A stretch of 64,000 nucleotides of DNA. It comes from Verrucomicrobiota bacterium (GTDB lineage Bacteria > Verrucomicrobiota > Verrucomicrobiia > Opitutales > Coraliomargaritaceae). Positions 40,966 through 50,833 of the stretch are shown piece after piece; position 1 is the stretch's first letter, and each line of letters begins with the position of its first letter. The position numbers and the translations under genes are program-made. The stretch lies in the NCBI GenBank assembly GCA_039815375.1, contig JBCBZJ010000003.1, forward strand, positions 160,001 to 224,000, in the 5' to 3' direction. The notes under the pieces are model-generated. The model made no database searches, was not told the DNA's origin, and saw only the letters and a program-made list of their open reading frames with translations.

Positions 40966-41146
40966 GTGCTGAGCCCCGACTAACTTGTCGCGACTGGCAC
41001 AACACCCTCTTATGTCTAACTTTTCGAGACGGCCTTGTTTGAGTGAGCTTAGCGAACGAGGGCCGTCGCTCCGAAGGACGAAAAATTAGGCATAAGATGA
41101 GGTTGTGCTCACCAAGCGGCCCCTTTCCACGGGCGGGGCTCAGTGC
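40966..41146. repeat. Long nested inverted repeat downstream of the immunity gene
   Basis: GTGCTGAGCCCC/GGGGCTCAGTGC, GCACAAC/GTTGTGC, TCTTATGTCTAACTTTTCG/CGAAAAATTAGGCATAAGA, GACGGCC/GGCCGTC. Confidence 0.8.
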
Positions 41147-41295
41147 GGGGGCGTGGGTCCGGGGCGGTTGTATCGACGGGATGCTCTGGAGTGCGACAGC
41201 CGTTGCAGCGTTGCCCGAAGAAGCGGCCAAGCAAAACAAGAGGAGCTTCCGCATTGCGCGGCAGCGACGTTGACCCAAAGGCAAATCAGAGGACT

Positions 41296-41760
41296 TTACG
41301 AAGAAGAGCTCTGTTCTACGATTTTGCGAAAAGCAGGGTTTTTGCCTATCTCGGGATAATTGAGAGTAAGCTCTTCTTTGACTTTTCTAAAAAACGTGTG
41401 CGTGAGTTCCGCTAAATCGCTGATATTGATTGATGCTTTTACATCCGTATAGGTTGCAGAAACGATTACGTTACCTTCAGCGCATTTAAAAATAATCTCA
41501 GCATCTGACTCTGTAAAATCAAACGCTTCATATTCACTTCCGCGTAAAATTTCATCAGAGATATTAACGAGGCACGCTGCAAAATCTAGAATCGGTATCC
41601 ATCCCCAATCTAAGCTAAAATCAGCGTCACCAATCTGGAAGATAATATCTCCCATAAAGGCGTCATAGCGCAGAGCTGATTCGTCTGCTGTCGAGAGGTC
41701 CAACCCCTTTACTTTCGAGTTCCACTCTTCAGACAATAGATAATCTAATTTTGATGCCAT
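41296..41760 (-). CDS. Putative cognate immunity protein
   Basis: Small, acidic, lower-GC ORF starting 4 bp after the Rhs stop. Confidence 0.75.
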   Translation of the reverse strand: MASKLDYLLSEEWNSKVKGLDLSTADESALRYDAFMGDIIFQIGDADFSLDWGWIPILDFAACLVNISDEILRGSEYEAFDFTESDAEIIFKCAEGNVIVSATYTDVKASINISDLAELTHTFFRKVKEELTLNYPEIGKNPAFRKIVEQSSSS

Positions 41761-41764
41761 AACC

Positions 41765-44700
41765 TTAGAACGGGAATGCGGTTGTCACTGTTCCATCAGG
41801 TCTTACGACAACCCTTAATTGAGTCGCAGGATTACCCTGAATGTTCGTTCCAATTGGGCGGCCAAAATCTAGTTCAAAAATCTGTCCAGGACGATTTCTA
41901 GTATTTGGTCGAGCTGCGCCATTTCCTACCGTTTCATTGATCAAACTCTTCAGGTCACGCCCTGTGGTTCCCGGTGCAAATTTACCCGCATTTCGCGCAC
42001 CACTTGATGGGAAGTGACGTAATACAATATGATCTAAACCATCCTGTGTAAGTGTCGCAGTAGGTCTCGGTGCAGGCAATGCCTTCACTGTTTTGTTTGT
42101 GGCTTTGGATAATGTCTTACCAAGAGCAGTAGTAGCACTTTTAACGAAAGGTGGTGTAACTGCGAGAGTCGCGATGTCTAACGTGCTATCACTCAAACCT
42201 CTGCTGTCCGGTATCTCAGGTTGATACCTCACTTCACCTTCTGTAGTAACGACGAAGTCTTTGAGGACGTATACTTTTCCATCATCCCCCGGAATCTTCA
42301 GATAATTCTTTGTTGATTCAGCCTCCCCCCCACTTGCGAATCTATCAGTCTCGACTGTCGAATCGAGATCAGACTCAACTTCGTCACTTTCCAAGCCTTC
42401 CACAGCAGGAAGATCCTCGACAATTACATCGATAATCTCGGCAGCAGCACTAGCATTAACATGATGTTTTGCCGAAAAACTGGAAATATTTGGGCTCGAA
42501 GATGACTCTTCAAAAAAACGCAAAGACCCGGCTGAAGATCTTGCTTTGAACAACCGCTGTGCTCTTGTGTAACTCGCGTTAACAAGCTCAACTGTATACC
42601 CGCTGGGATCAACAAACCCAAGCGGGTTGTTACCAACATAGGTATAGCGGTTGTAGGTTTGCAGATTGAGTGGGAACTGCACCACAAGGTCAGCCGAAAG
42701 GAATCTGCCAAGTTGCGGGTCATAAATCCGTCCGTTCATATGGACCAGCCCGAGTTCGTCCATCATTTCATGGCCGGTGTAACCACGAGGAATCAGGTCG
42801 TCCTCATTCGTGGATGCGGTCGCCGCATCATCCGCACCCCAGGTGTAGGTTGATTGGCTCGTTGCCTCTCCAATCCAGTCTCCTGCATCACGCCGCTGCC
42901 CCCAAGGATCGTAACTGTAAACGGAGTCTTTACCGCTTTCGTCAGCTACTGGCGTATCGTTCGGGATGACGCCCCAATCTGTGATCGCCTGAATACTCCC
43001 GAGATTGCCGTAATGATAAACCAGATACTTGTGATCGGCAGACGAGCTCCCGTTCGGGTCCAGCTCAGCCGTGCCAACATTGTTACCCGGAGCTGGAATC
43101 GCTACGCGGACGGTTTTCATCTCCCAGTCGTCAGGACCAGCAGGTGTTGCATTTTTGTAGTCGAGTTCGACTGCGCCATCGGCAAAATAAAGCTTCTTGT
43201 CTGTAAACTGATTGGGCTGCCAATCGGACGGTGCTGCGCCACCCGATTGATCGAAGCCTTCAAACTTATAATGCGCGAGGCGCATCTGGTTTGCGCCATA
43301 GACGAAGGCACTGCCACGGATGTTCGAGGCATTTTCACGACCCATCCAACGTGGCTTATCAAAGCCTGCCCATTTGAACGACCATGCCTCACCGTTACCT
43401 GTGCGTGCATTTACATTACCGTTCGAATCGTAATCGATAGTGTAGTCGAAAGCAGAGGTGACCGCATGCACCTTGGTCGCGTGGTAGGCATAGGTGCCGC
43501 TACCCGTATCGGTGACGTCTTCCTTCGTCTTGATGTTGCCATTTGCGTGATACGTATAAGCGAGTGTCGTCGAACCAACGGAGGCATCCTCAAGCCTATT
43601 GAGCACATCGTAGCTGAAGGTCTCCGAAGTGGAGTGAACACCATCGCTGCGATAGACGAGGTTTCCGAGACCGTCGTATCGGTATTCATTTTCCTGTATG
43701 CCAGCCGAGGCCGAAATACCGCTCAAATCACCTGTGGTCGTGAAACGTAAATTTCCTGCCTTGGGGTCAAAATACTGATCCGTCCATGGACCATTCGGAC
43801 CACCCTTCTGGAAAAGAACGGGTCTGTCTAAATAATCGTAGCCCTCACTCGCATGCGCTTTCCACCAGGTCTTGCCGTGCGTATCCGTCACCTCGGTGAC
43901 ATAGCTCTCCGCATCGTATGAGGTGGTGTAGCCGTAGCTCTGCCAGACTCCCGGCTCCTGTGCACTGTCGTGCTCCAGGTGCGGCGGACGCCAAAAGTGA
44001 GTGACTGTCTCGGGACGGCTCAGGCTATCGAAAGCAGTATGGGTGTAGAACCACTTGTTATCAATATGCTGAAGCATGAGGTAGTTATTCCCCTTATCAT
44101 CGTAGTAGAATGAGTTCGCATTCGAGTAGTTTCGCAGACGGTCTTCGGGCGATTGCGACCAGCCCAAATCGAGTTCTTCTCGCTGAACGGAACCAATCCA
44201 TTGATGATCAGGATCGACGACCACGTGAGGCTTACCTGAATTTTCCGCCGTATCGTAATAATACCAACGCGTGGTTTCGACCGGACCATTATTGGGCTCA
44301 GTTATGGTGCGGGTTAGATTGCGACTGAGAATATCGTAGGTATTGACCGTGACATTCTGGTTCGCATCGGTCTGCTGGCGGTTCCGACCGAGCGAGTCGT
44401 AAACGTAATCCCACTGACCTTTGTCGGGATCGACAAGCTGCGTCTGATTTCCCAAAGCATCGTAGGCTACGGTCAACGAAACGTATTCTCCTGCGCCTTG
44501 ACGGGTCTTTGTTTCGGTCATTTGCCCGAAACCATCATAGATGAATTCAAGTGAAGGATCGGAGTCGCCAGAAGTTTGGGTGATGGCAGTCGACACGTTG
44601 TCGGCGTTCCAAACTTTAACCGTTTCGCCACGCACATTCTTGAGCGTCGTGGTGGTCTGCGGAGCCGGATCGACACCGTTCATCATGGGCGCATCCACTT

Positions 44701-47700
44701 CGACCTGCAAGACACGGCCAAGGTAGGTATTCGTTGTGACGGTTCCGTTTGGATCGGTTACAGTCTTCACACGCCCAGCGTCATCAAATGTGGAAATACT
44801 CCAATAAGCTGTTTCGCCTTGCTCATACGGGTTCGATTGGGCGATGACCTGTCCTCTGACGTTGTAGATGGTATCGGCAAAAGTGACCTTTCCTGCATAC
44901 CCCTCTGAAATAACCCGGATGACACGCCCCAATCGGTCGAAGTGTGTTGTAATCGGGACGGAAGCTGTCGAAACCTCCCGCGAGTAATACTTGGAAGTCA
45001 ACGACAGCCCAGTGGCACTTACTGCCGCAGGCACAGTTACAGACTGTGGCCCCAGCAGACCGGATTGACCATCGGTGCTATTCAGAGTTGTTACCGTGCT
45101 TAATCCACGCAGGTTATCCTGAGCACTGATGACTCGACCTAAACCGTCATATTCCGTCGTGGCACTTTCGTTGTTAATATCTGTTGCGGAAAGAACGCGT
45201 CCATACGCATCGAATGTCGAAGTGCTGGAGTGACCGTAAGCATTCTCAACCGTCTTCGGGAACCGACCTGTCGGATCAAAATCGCTTACTTCTGATGTGA
45301 TGATCTTGGAGCCGCCATCGATATCGTAGAGTGCGTCGGAAGTGAAATCTTCCAGTTCGGTCTTTTCCAATAAGCCTGTTGAGGAATACGTATACGTTTC
45401 CTTGGTGTTGAGATGTGAGCCTGCGGCTGCATTGAGCACAGGTGCTACGCTGTTCCCCGAACCAGTCGCTTGTGTATCCGTCGTCTTGGTTTCAACTTGC
45501 CCTTTGTCGTTATAGGTAAAACGAGTTACGGGACTGCCTTGATTGCTGGCTGTGGGGGTATCTGCAACAATCTGAGTCCACTCGATGAGATCATTACGAT
45601 TACCGTTCGCTGGTGAGGGTGCAAAATACTTATTGTGTGTGTCGGTCTTGTAACCATCCGAGTAATTGACGCGAATGCGCGTCATATTTCCGTAGGTGAT
45701 GTCTTGCGGTAAGCCGAAGCTCGGCACCTCAGTAAGCCAATCCATAAAGCCAACCGGACTTGCGTCCTGCGTACCGGGCGGTGCATTTGCAGGATCATCA
45801 AAGGAAGAGGGCAATTCAGTTTCGGGCAATGAAGCCGTATCCTGCTCATCGAACCACACGTATGTTTCGAGTTCGCTATGTGCTAGAGCACGATTTGCTG
45901 CGTATTCGTCGTTGTATTCGGTGAATAGACTTTCGGGATCGTCAGCATCCAATGTAAGTGGATTGGCGATAGAGAATTCCCAGCGCAACTCACGGGAGTG
46001 TGACATAAAGGGAAAAACCGTGCCAGTGAGGGAACCACCGGGCGCATCAATGACTTCATCGAAGACCACATCATTGTCCTGCGAAGTGATTGGCTGAAGG
46101 TCGAGTGAAGTGATGTTTCCATTATTATCATAGACGACATTGTCCGCACGGTAAGTCTGCTCACGCTTTACTAAGCCTGTCGTGGGGAAGGACTGTGAAA
46201 GGAACTGATATTTAAGAAGGTTAGTTTGGTGATCGAAAGTGACGAAGCTATGAAAACCTAAGTCGCCACGTCCTGAGAGGTCGGTCCTGAATCCAGAATA
46301 CTGGTAGGAGATGTGATACATATCGCTGTTGATCGTCTCACCGCTATCCCATTTTCCATTGCTATTGCTATCGATGTAGTCTGATCCGGCTCCTGAGTCT
46401 TTCCAAATATCCGAGACCACTCGGATGTGACCACTGCGCTTTTCTCTAATCGGATACTGTACTTCGGCACCCAGTGAGTAATGATCCTTACTGGTGGAAT
46501 TCGTATAATCGATATAGGTCACAGCACCCAAACCATCACGAATTTCAGTCAGGTAGTCGGCCACCTCGCCCTTATTGTAGGAGACACCAAAACTACCGGT
46601 TAAACCCCCAGTTATAAAATCGGCTAGCCCCGAGCCTCCGAATTCAGTATCTGTCTCAGGGAAGAAGCTTCCCGCAAAGACCTGCACATCCCAGTTTCCA
46701 CCAATATCTCTTGGCAAACTCCCGGGAACAAAGACGTAATGAGGCAGAAAGGAATACCCATTAGATAGATAAACTTTAAAGCCGCCGTGACTGGTGCTCC
46801 ATTTTACGATGTAATCATCTAACCCATCTCCATTCACATCTCGAAATGATGGCAGTCCGTTCTGACTGACGCTCGGAACATTTAAAGTCCAGTTCTCTGG
46901 CTCCTTCAGCCTTGAGCCGGTGTTGATCAGCACATGCAGGTCTCCATTTTTCCGATATACACCGTCCGGCAATCCGTCTCCATTGAAGTCGCCAAGACTA
47001 TCAATCTGACCAATTTCGTTGTAGCCATGATTACTCCACTTCTCTTCGGGGTGATAGCCATTACCGTTGGAGAGTTCGACGTATGTTCCAGAGCCTCCGT
47101 CGTAACGATTTTTGTAAATAAGAACGTAATCGCCCATACCATCGCCATTCATGTCGAAGCCTCCGAAACCGCTGGCATTTCCTCGCTTATCAGGCGCGTG
47201 CGTCACTGGTTGCTGATCGAATATACCCGTTGAGTAACCAGCTGGCACAGCTCCACGTTCACTTTCTACCAAATATTGATAGCTTTTTGTGTAATCATCA
47301 CGGCCATCACCATCAAAATCTGCCTTGGTGATACGACTTCCTCCAACTAGAGCGTAACCCTCTCCACTCGGGCCTAATGAAGGCTGCCCGTAGCTCAGAC
47401 TATCTGATCGGAAGAACGGGATCCGGTAAGCCGCCCAATAAGATCCCAGAGAGAAAACAATATCGTCTACGCCATCACCATCTGTGTCACCAACTCGTAT
47501 CGCCTGAATATTTCCGTAGAGATTTTCGCTGCCTCTAAAATCTACTGAGTAAAAATCTTCAAAGTCGTGATCGGGCCCACCGAGAACAACACCAATTGCA
47601 CTGTTCTGACCTACGTTGTCTCCGTAAGCAAAGACGAGGTCTGTTGCTCCGTCTCCATTAACATCGCCTGTCTGCATATCAACGTAAGCAGCCTCGTTCT

Positions 47701-48817
47701 CTCTTGCCAGATATCTTTGTTGAGCAAAAAAACTTACGTCAGGCATCGTATTGATATCGTTGATCCTGAACTTCTCATACGCTTTTTGCCCACCGGCTTC
47801 GTCAAGTTCACCACGATACTTAAAGCTGGTTGGCTCAATATTGTGGGCTACACCGTTTATATACGATGTCCGTTGCACGGACATCAATAGGCTACGAAAA
47901 GTGCTGTGGCTCACCTCATAATTAAGTGTATAGCGCGACAACTGCGTCTCGACGCTACCTGCTAGACTGTAGACATCAATATACTTGAGAATTTGGGTCG
48001 AAGGTATGGCTCCTCCCCACTTGTAGTATTGCCGATGGTCCAAACGATTTTCGTAGATGAATACGACTTTTGCGACAGGGTCTTCCTGTGATTCATTACT
48101 GCCATAATGAATTTCTTCTAGGACATACTCACCAGTGTTATTGCTGTTGGCATCGAGGATATTCCCGTAGTCATACTTAATGTAACCGTTCGTTGGGTTT
48201 TCAACCTGTCTGAGTTTCCATGCGTATGGGATATCGAGATGAACGTCACCCGCATTCCCACCCAGTAGAGTGGTTGCGTATCCGTCCGTTGCACCAAGGC
48301 CACCAAAATCCATGGTGATGCCACTCTTGGCTGTTAGCGTAAAGGTCGCACTCTCGTCTGTTGAAACAAGGTTGGCATCAATTTTAGAAAAATCCTCAAC
48401 TTCGGTGCGGTATTGTGTTCCTGCTGCACCATGGGTGCCTGTTACTGGAATAAGCCGTTTGCCATCAAGATACAGCTTGTCTTCAGCTGTAAAATTAACC
48501 TCTCGTAGGCTGCCGTCGCGAGCCATGATATTACGACCGCGAACAATTTGATTGGGATATCCATGAACCAAACTCCAACCAAGTCCGGCAACTCCATTTC
48601 CGTTATTACTGTTATAGTTTAGAGAGACACTAGGCTGCATTCCATTGACACCCGGCGGCAGCTCAATGGGGATTGAGTAATTTGCAGCCCCCTTATTATC
48701 GACTGAGAATTTAGCTGGTAAGGTGCCTACGAGATCGGTCGTGTTGGCATATGCAGAAGTCACAGCTCCGATCAAAAGTGCGGCAACTAGTGAAAATAAG
48801 TTAATCCGTTTAAACAT
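41765..48817 (-). CDS. Secreted Rhs/YD-repeat polymorphic toxin (SpvB-like N-terminus, FG-GAP repeats, YD shell, Rhs core, C-terminal toxin)
   Basis: G.A.YSIPI.LPPG..GMQP..SL.YNS; GDVNGDG/GDFNGDG repeats; YD..GR repeats; RGYTGHE...LVHMNGRIYDP.LGRFLS.D...NRYTY..NNP....DPSGY. Confidence 0.95.
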   Translation of the reverse strand: MFKRINLFSLVAALLIGAVTSAYANTTDLVGTLPAKFSVDNKGAANYSIPIELPPGVNGMQPSVSLNYNSNNGNGVAGLGWSLVHGYPNQIVRGRNIMARDGSLREVNFTAEDKLYLDGKRLIPVTGTHGAAGTQYRTEVEDFSKIDANLVSTDESATFTLTAKSGITMDFGGLGATDGYATTLLGGNAGDVHLDIPYAWKLRQVENPTNGYIKYDYGNILDANSNNTGEYVLEEIHYGSNESQEDPVAKVVFIYENRLDHRQYYKWGGAIPSTQILKYIDVYSLAGSVETQLSRYTLNYEVSHSTFRSLLMSVQRTSYINGVAHNIEPTSFKYRGELDEAGGQKAYEKFRINDINTMPDVSFFAQQRYLARENEAAYVDMQTGDVNGDGATDLVFAYGDNVGQNSAIGVVLGGPDHDFEDFYSVDFRGSENLYGNIQAIRVGDTDGDGVDDIVFSLGSYWAAYRIPFFRSDSLSYGQPSLGPSGEGYALVGGSRITKADFDGDGRDDYTKSYQYLVESERGAVPAGYSTGIFDQQPVTHAPDKRGNASGFGGFDMNGDGMGDYVLIYKNRYDGGSGTYVELSNGNGYHPEEKWSNHGYNEIGQIDSLGDFNGDGLPDGVYRKNGDLHVLINTGSRLKEPENWTLNVPSVSQNGLPSFRDVNGDGLDDYIVKWSTSHGGFKVYLSNGYSFLPHYVFVPGSLPRDIGGNWDVQVFAGSFFPETDTEFGGSGLADFITGGLTGSFGVSYNKGEVADYLTEIRDGLGAVTYIDYTNSTSKDHYSLGAEVQYPIREKRSGHIRVVSDIWKDSGAGSDYIDSNSNGKWDSGETINSDMYHISYQYSGFRTDLSGRGDLGFHSFVTFDHQTNLLKYQFLSQSFPTTGLVKREQTYRADNVVYDNNGNITSLDLQPITSQDNDVVFDEVIDAPGGSLTGTVFPFMSHSRELRWEFSIANPLTLDADDPESLFTEYNDEYAANRALAHSELETYVWFDEQDTASLPETELPSSFDDPANAPPGTQDASPVGFMDWLTEVPSFGLPQDITYGNMTRIRVNYSDGYKTDTHNKYFAPSPANGNRNDLIEWTQIVADTPTASNQGSPVTRFTYNDKGQVETKTTDTQATGSGNSVAPVLNAAAGSHLNTKETYTYSSTGLLEKTELEDFTSDALYDIDGGSKIITSEVSDFDPTGRFPKTVENAYGHSSTSTFDAYGRVLSATDINNESATTEYDGLGRVISAQDNLRGLSTVTTLNSTDGQSGLLGPQSVTVPAAVSATGLSLTSKYYSREVSTASVPITTHFDRLGRVIRVISEGYAGKVTFADTIYNVRGQVIAQSNPYEQGETAYWSISTFDDAGRVKTVTDPNGTVTTNTYLGRVLQVEVDAPMMNGVDPAPQTTTTLKNVRGETVKVWNADNVSTAITQTSGDSDPSLEFIYDGFGQMTETKTRQGAGEYVSLTVAYDALGNQTQLVDPDKGQWDYVYDSLGRNRQQTDANQNVTVNTYDILSRNLTRTITEPNNGPVETTRWYYYDTAENSGKPHVVVDPDHQWIGSVQREELDLGWSQSPEDRLRNYSNANSFYYDDKGNNYLMLQHIDNKWFYTHTAFDSLSRPETVTHFWRPPHLEHDSAQEPGVWQSYGYTTSYDAESYVTEVTDTHGKTWWKAHASEGYDYLDRPVLFQKGGPNGPWTDQYFDPKAGNLRFTTTGDLSGISASAGIQENEYRYDGLGNLVYRSDGVHSTSETFSYDVLNRLEDASVGSTTLAYTYHANGNIKTKEDVTDTGSGTYAYHATKVHAVTSAFDYTIDYDSNGNVNARTGNGEAWSFKWAGFDKPRWMGRENASNIRGSAFVYGANQMRLAHYKFEGFDQSGGAAPSDWQPNQFTDKKLYFADGAVELDYKNATPAGPDDWEMKTVRVAIPAPGNNVGTAELDPNGSSSADHKYLVYHYGNLGSIQAITDWGVIPNDTPVADESGKDSVYSYDPWGQRRDAGDWIGEATSQSTYTWGADDAATASTNEDDLIPRGYTGHEMMDELGLVHMNGRIYDPQLGRFLSADLVVQFPLNLQTYNRYTYVGNNPLGFVDPSGYTVELVNASYTRAQRLFKARSSAGSLRFFEESSSSPNISSFSAKHHVNASAAAEIIDVIVEDLPAVEGLESDEVESDLDSTVETDRFASGGEAESTKNYLKIPGDDGKVYVLKDFVVTTEGEVRYQPEIPDSRGLSDSTLDIATLAVTPPFVKSATTALGKTLSKATNKTVKALPAPRPTATLTQDGLDHIVLRHFPSSGARNAGKFAPGTTGRDLKSLINETVGNGAARPNTRNRPGQIFELDFGRPIGTNIQGNPATQLRVVVRPDGTVTTAFPF

Positions 48818-48825
48818 TACAAAAT

Positions 48826-49179
48826 TTATTGAGCGTTGGACGGCTGCGCTGCGTTTGTAAGAGTGTTAAAGACCATATTCTGAAGAATACGCTGGTTTTC
48901 AGGTGAATCTGGATTGCTAATGGCGTCAGTTCGAAGCGGTGCATGTGCCTGAATCATCCGACGCGTATTGGTGACCGCGACGGATTCAGTTTTGGCAGGC
49001 TCCTCAATAACTTTCGACGCCTGCTTTTCAACCTCGCTGACTCCAGACGTATCAACATCCGGCTTTTGTTCACTAATAATTTCAGCTAAGCTAACCTCAT
49101 TAGGCAAGTTACTCAGGATGATAAAAACCAAAGCAGCGACAGCTGCGATGGATATAAGAATGACTAAACGCAGTTTCAT
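48826..49179 (-). CDS. Small membrane-anchored hypothetical protein in the Rhs operon
   Basis: N-terminal hydrophobic anchor; 8 bp from the Rhs start. Confidence 0.7.
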   Translation of the reverse strand: MKLRLVILISIAAVAALVFIILSNLPNEVSLAEIISEQKPDVDTSGVSEVEKQASKVIEEPAKTESVAVTNTRRMIQAHAPLRTDAISNPDSPENQRILQNMVFNTLTNAAQPSNAQ

Positions 49180-49197
49180 TGTTGATCGAATTCCAGG

Positions 49198-50166
49198 TTA
49201 ATTACCGAGTTTATTAAGAGTTCGATTCGCCTGATTGACCGCATAATATCCTTCGCCCGGAACAACGATCAGGCAAGCAGTCCCACTGACAGCAACCTTT
49301 GCCTGTAGCGTGCTATTTAAGATGGCATCAGATCCGTTTTCGATGGGTTCGACAATTGCGTCCGATAGCAGATCACCGTCTGTATCTGCAACAGAACCGG
49401 AAACGGCTATATTCACTGTTTCGATTACCCTCGGGTCGAATCCCAACTGGAATTCCTCGAGATCCGTAAAGGCGTCGCCATCCCAATTGGAATCGATTCC
49501 AGATGCTGTTACTAGATCTCCAAACCAATACTCCTCCCAAAAGTCCGGTAAACCATCAGGTCCCTCAATGTCTTCGTCGCGACTAGCCCATTGAATTAGA
49601 TCCCATGAGAACAAGTGCTTTGCCTGGCCGATCAGGGCGATGTTCATATTCTCGGGTGTTTGGTCGTCTTTCCAGGGATAGAGCAACGAGTTGTCGCCCA
49701 TGCCTTCATCAAGAACAATCGCAGGATTCCAGCCCGTGCTGCCCGGCTGATAGCCAATTTCAGCAAACCTGTCATAGAATTTGCTCACCACATATTTAAG
49801 CTGGCCGATCGCCGCTGGTGAATAATACGAGGGTGTTTTAGTCGGATCACGGAAATCATCGACAGTAAATCCGGCACCTCCAATCGGCCCGAGCTGTTCG
49901 TCGAGCTCCTGAATGCCAATATCCGCGATGTGCAGCAGCTGTCCCTGCAGAATGGGCGACCAATTGCCGGGATTGTCCAAACTGGACACATCAATCATGC
50001 TCTTGGCCGGGTCTGCATCATACCACCATTCGGGATAACCGGTAGGCCAATTGATCTCGGGAGGGACTTGCCCCATCACGGATGCTGTTGATGCGAGAAG
50101 GCCTGCCAAAGCAGCTGGAATTAAAGCTTTCTGATGAAATGACGTCTTTTGGTGATTCAAATTCAT
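49198..50166 (-). CDS. Secreted hypothetical protein with Ca-binding (TSP3-like) motifs; first gene of the Rhs operon
   Basis: Signal peptide; threefold GQL/GQA repeat; DGLPDFWEEYWFG, DGDAFTDLEEF, DTDGDLLSD. Confidence 0.75.
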   Translation of the reverse strand: MNLNHQKTSFHQKALIPAALAGLLASTASVMGQVPPEINWPTGYPEWWYDADPAKSMIDVSSLDNPGNWSPILQGQLLHIADIGIQELDEQLGPIGGAGFTVDDFRDPTKTPSYYSPAAIGQLKYVVSKFYDRFAEIGYQPGSTGWNPAIVLDEGMGDNSLLYPWKDDQTPENMNIALIGQAKHLFSWDLIQWASRDEDIEGPDGLPDFWEEYWFGDLVTASGIDSNWDGDAFTDLEEFQLGFDPRVIETVNIAVSGSVADTDGDLLSDAIVEPIENGSDAILNSTLQAKVAVSGTACLIVVPGEGYYAVNQANRTLNKLGN

Positions 50167-50480
50167 TACATGGAGTAAATGTTTCCAGTGAGCTGCGGTA
50201 GCGTTTGTTCAGTTTGATGCGCTTCGGATTCCGTCAAATCGGATTTGTCCAAAGAGGATTCGGAAGTATCGAATGAAGCAATGTGAGGAATGTCAGCGTA
50301 AAACTGCGTCACAGGAGAAAAACGATCTTCCCTAACGGGCGTAGCCTCCGGACCTTATTCGACAAGATGAGCCGGAGTGTGTGAAATCTGGAGGCTGGAA
50401 GGTTGTTGTTCTGGCTGGAAAGCGAAAGTAAGACCGAGGAATACGGCAAACACGGCTGCGAGTCCAGCGGCCATTCGAAT

Positions 50481-50695
50481 TATAAGCCACCTTCCTAATG
50501 CAAAGGATTGGAAATGCACCCAAATGGTGTTTTCGAATTGTTCCGATTCCGGCGGCGGCCGGACCGGTCTTACCGCTTCGCTCGGAACTTAGGCGGGAAG
50601 CGCACATTGCTGCCCATCAGAGCTACAGTCACGTAGGATGATACGCTTTCTTCGCTCTTCGGTTGCCGAGCACACTTCTCAGCCCATGGCATCAT
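50481..50695. repeat. Dispersed ~200-bp repeat, copy 2 (copy 1 at 473-667)
   Basis: Colinear similarity with an extra ~20-nt GC-rich insert. Confidence 0.9.
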
Positions 50696-50723
50696 CCAGG
50701 ATGAAGGATGGTGAGGATGTATC

Positions 50724-50804
50724 TTTGCGCTCGGTTGCGCATGTCGATGGTGCAAAAAAAGGCCGGCATTTGCGAAACTGCAAACACCGGCCTGGAGAGA
50801 TTAG
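50724..50804 (+). repeat. 81-bp direct repeat, right copy, including the terminator of the TonB receptor gene
   Basis: Minus strand GGCCGGTGTTTGC...GCAAATGCCGGCC-TTTTTTT; 79/81 identical to 40405-40485. Confidence 0.95.
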
Positions 50805-50833
50805 TATAAACTATACTATAGAAGTTTTGCTAA

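Noticed and set aside
41765..42060. EndoU or HNH assignment for the Rhs tip
   Set aside because: Lacks the GGH and HNH/CxxC patterns; left as a probable RNase of uncertain family
42854..43750. 298-aa plus-strand ORF inside the Rhs gene
   Set aside because: Antisense shadow without motifs
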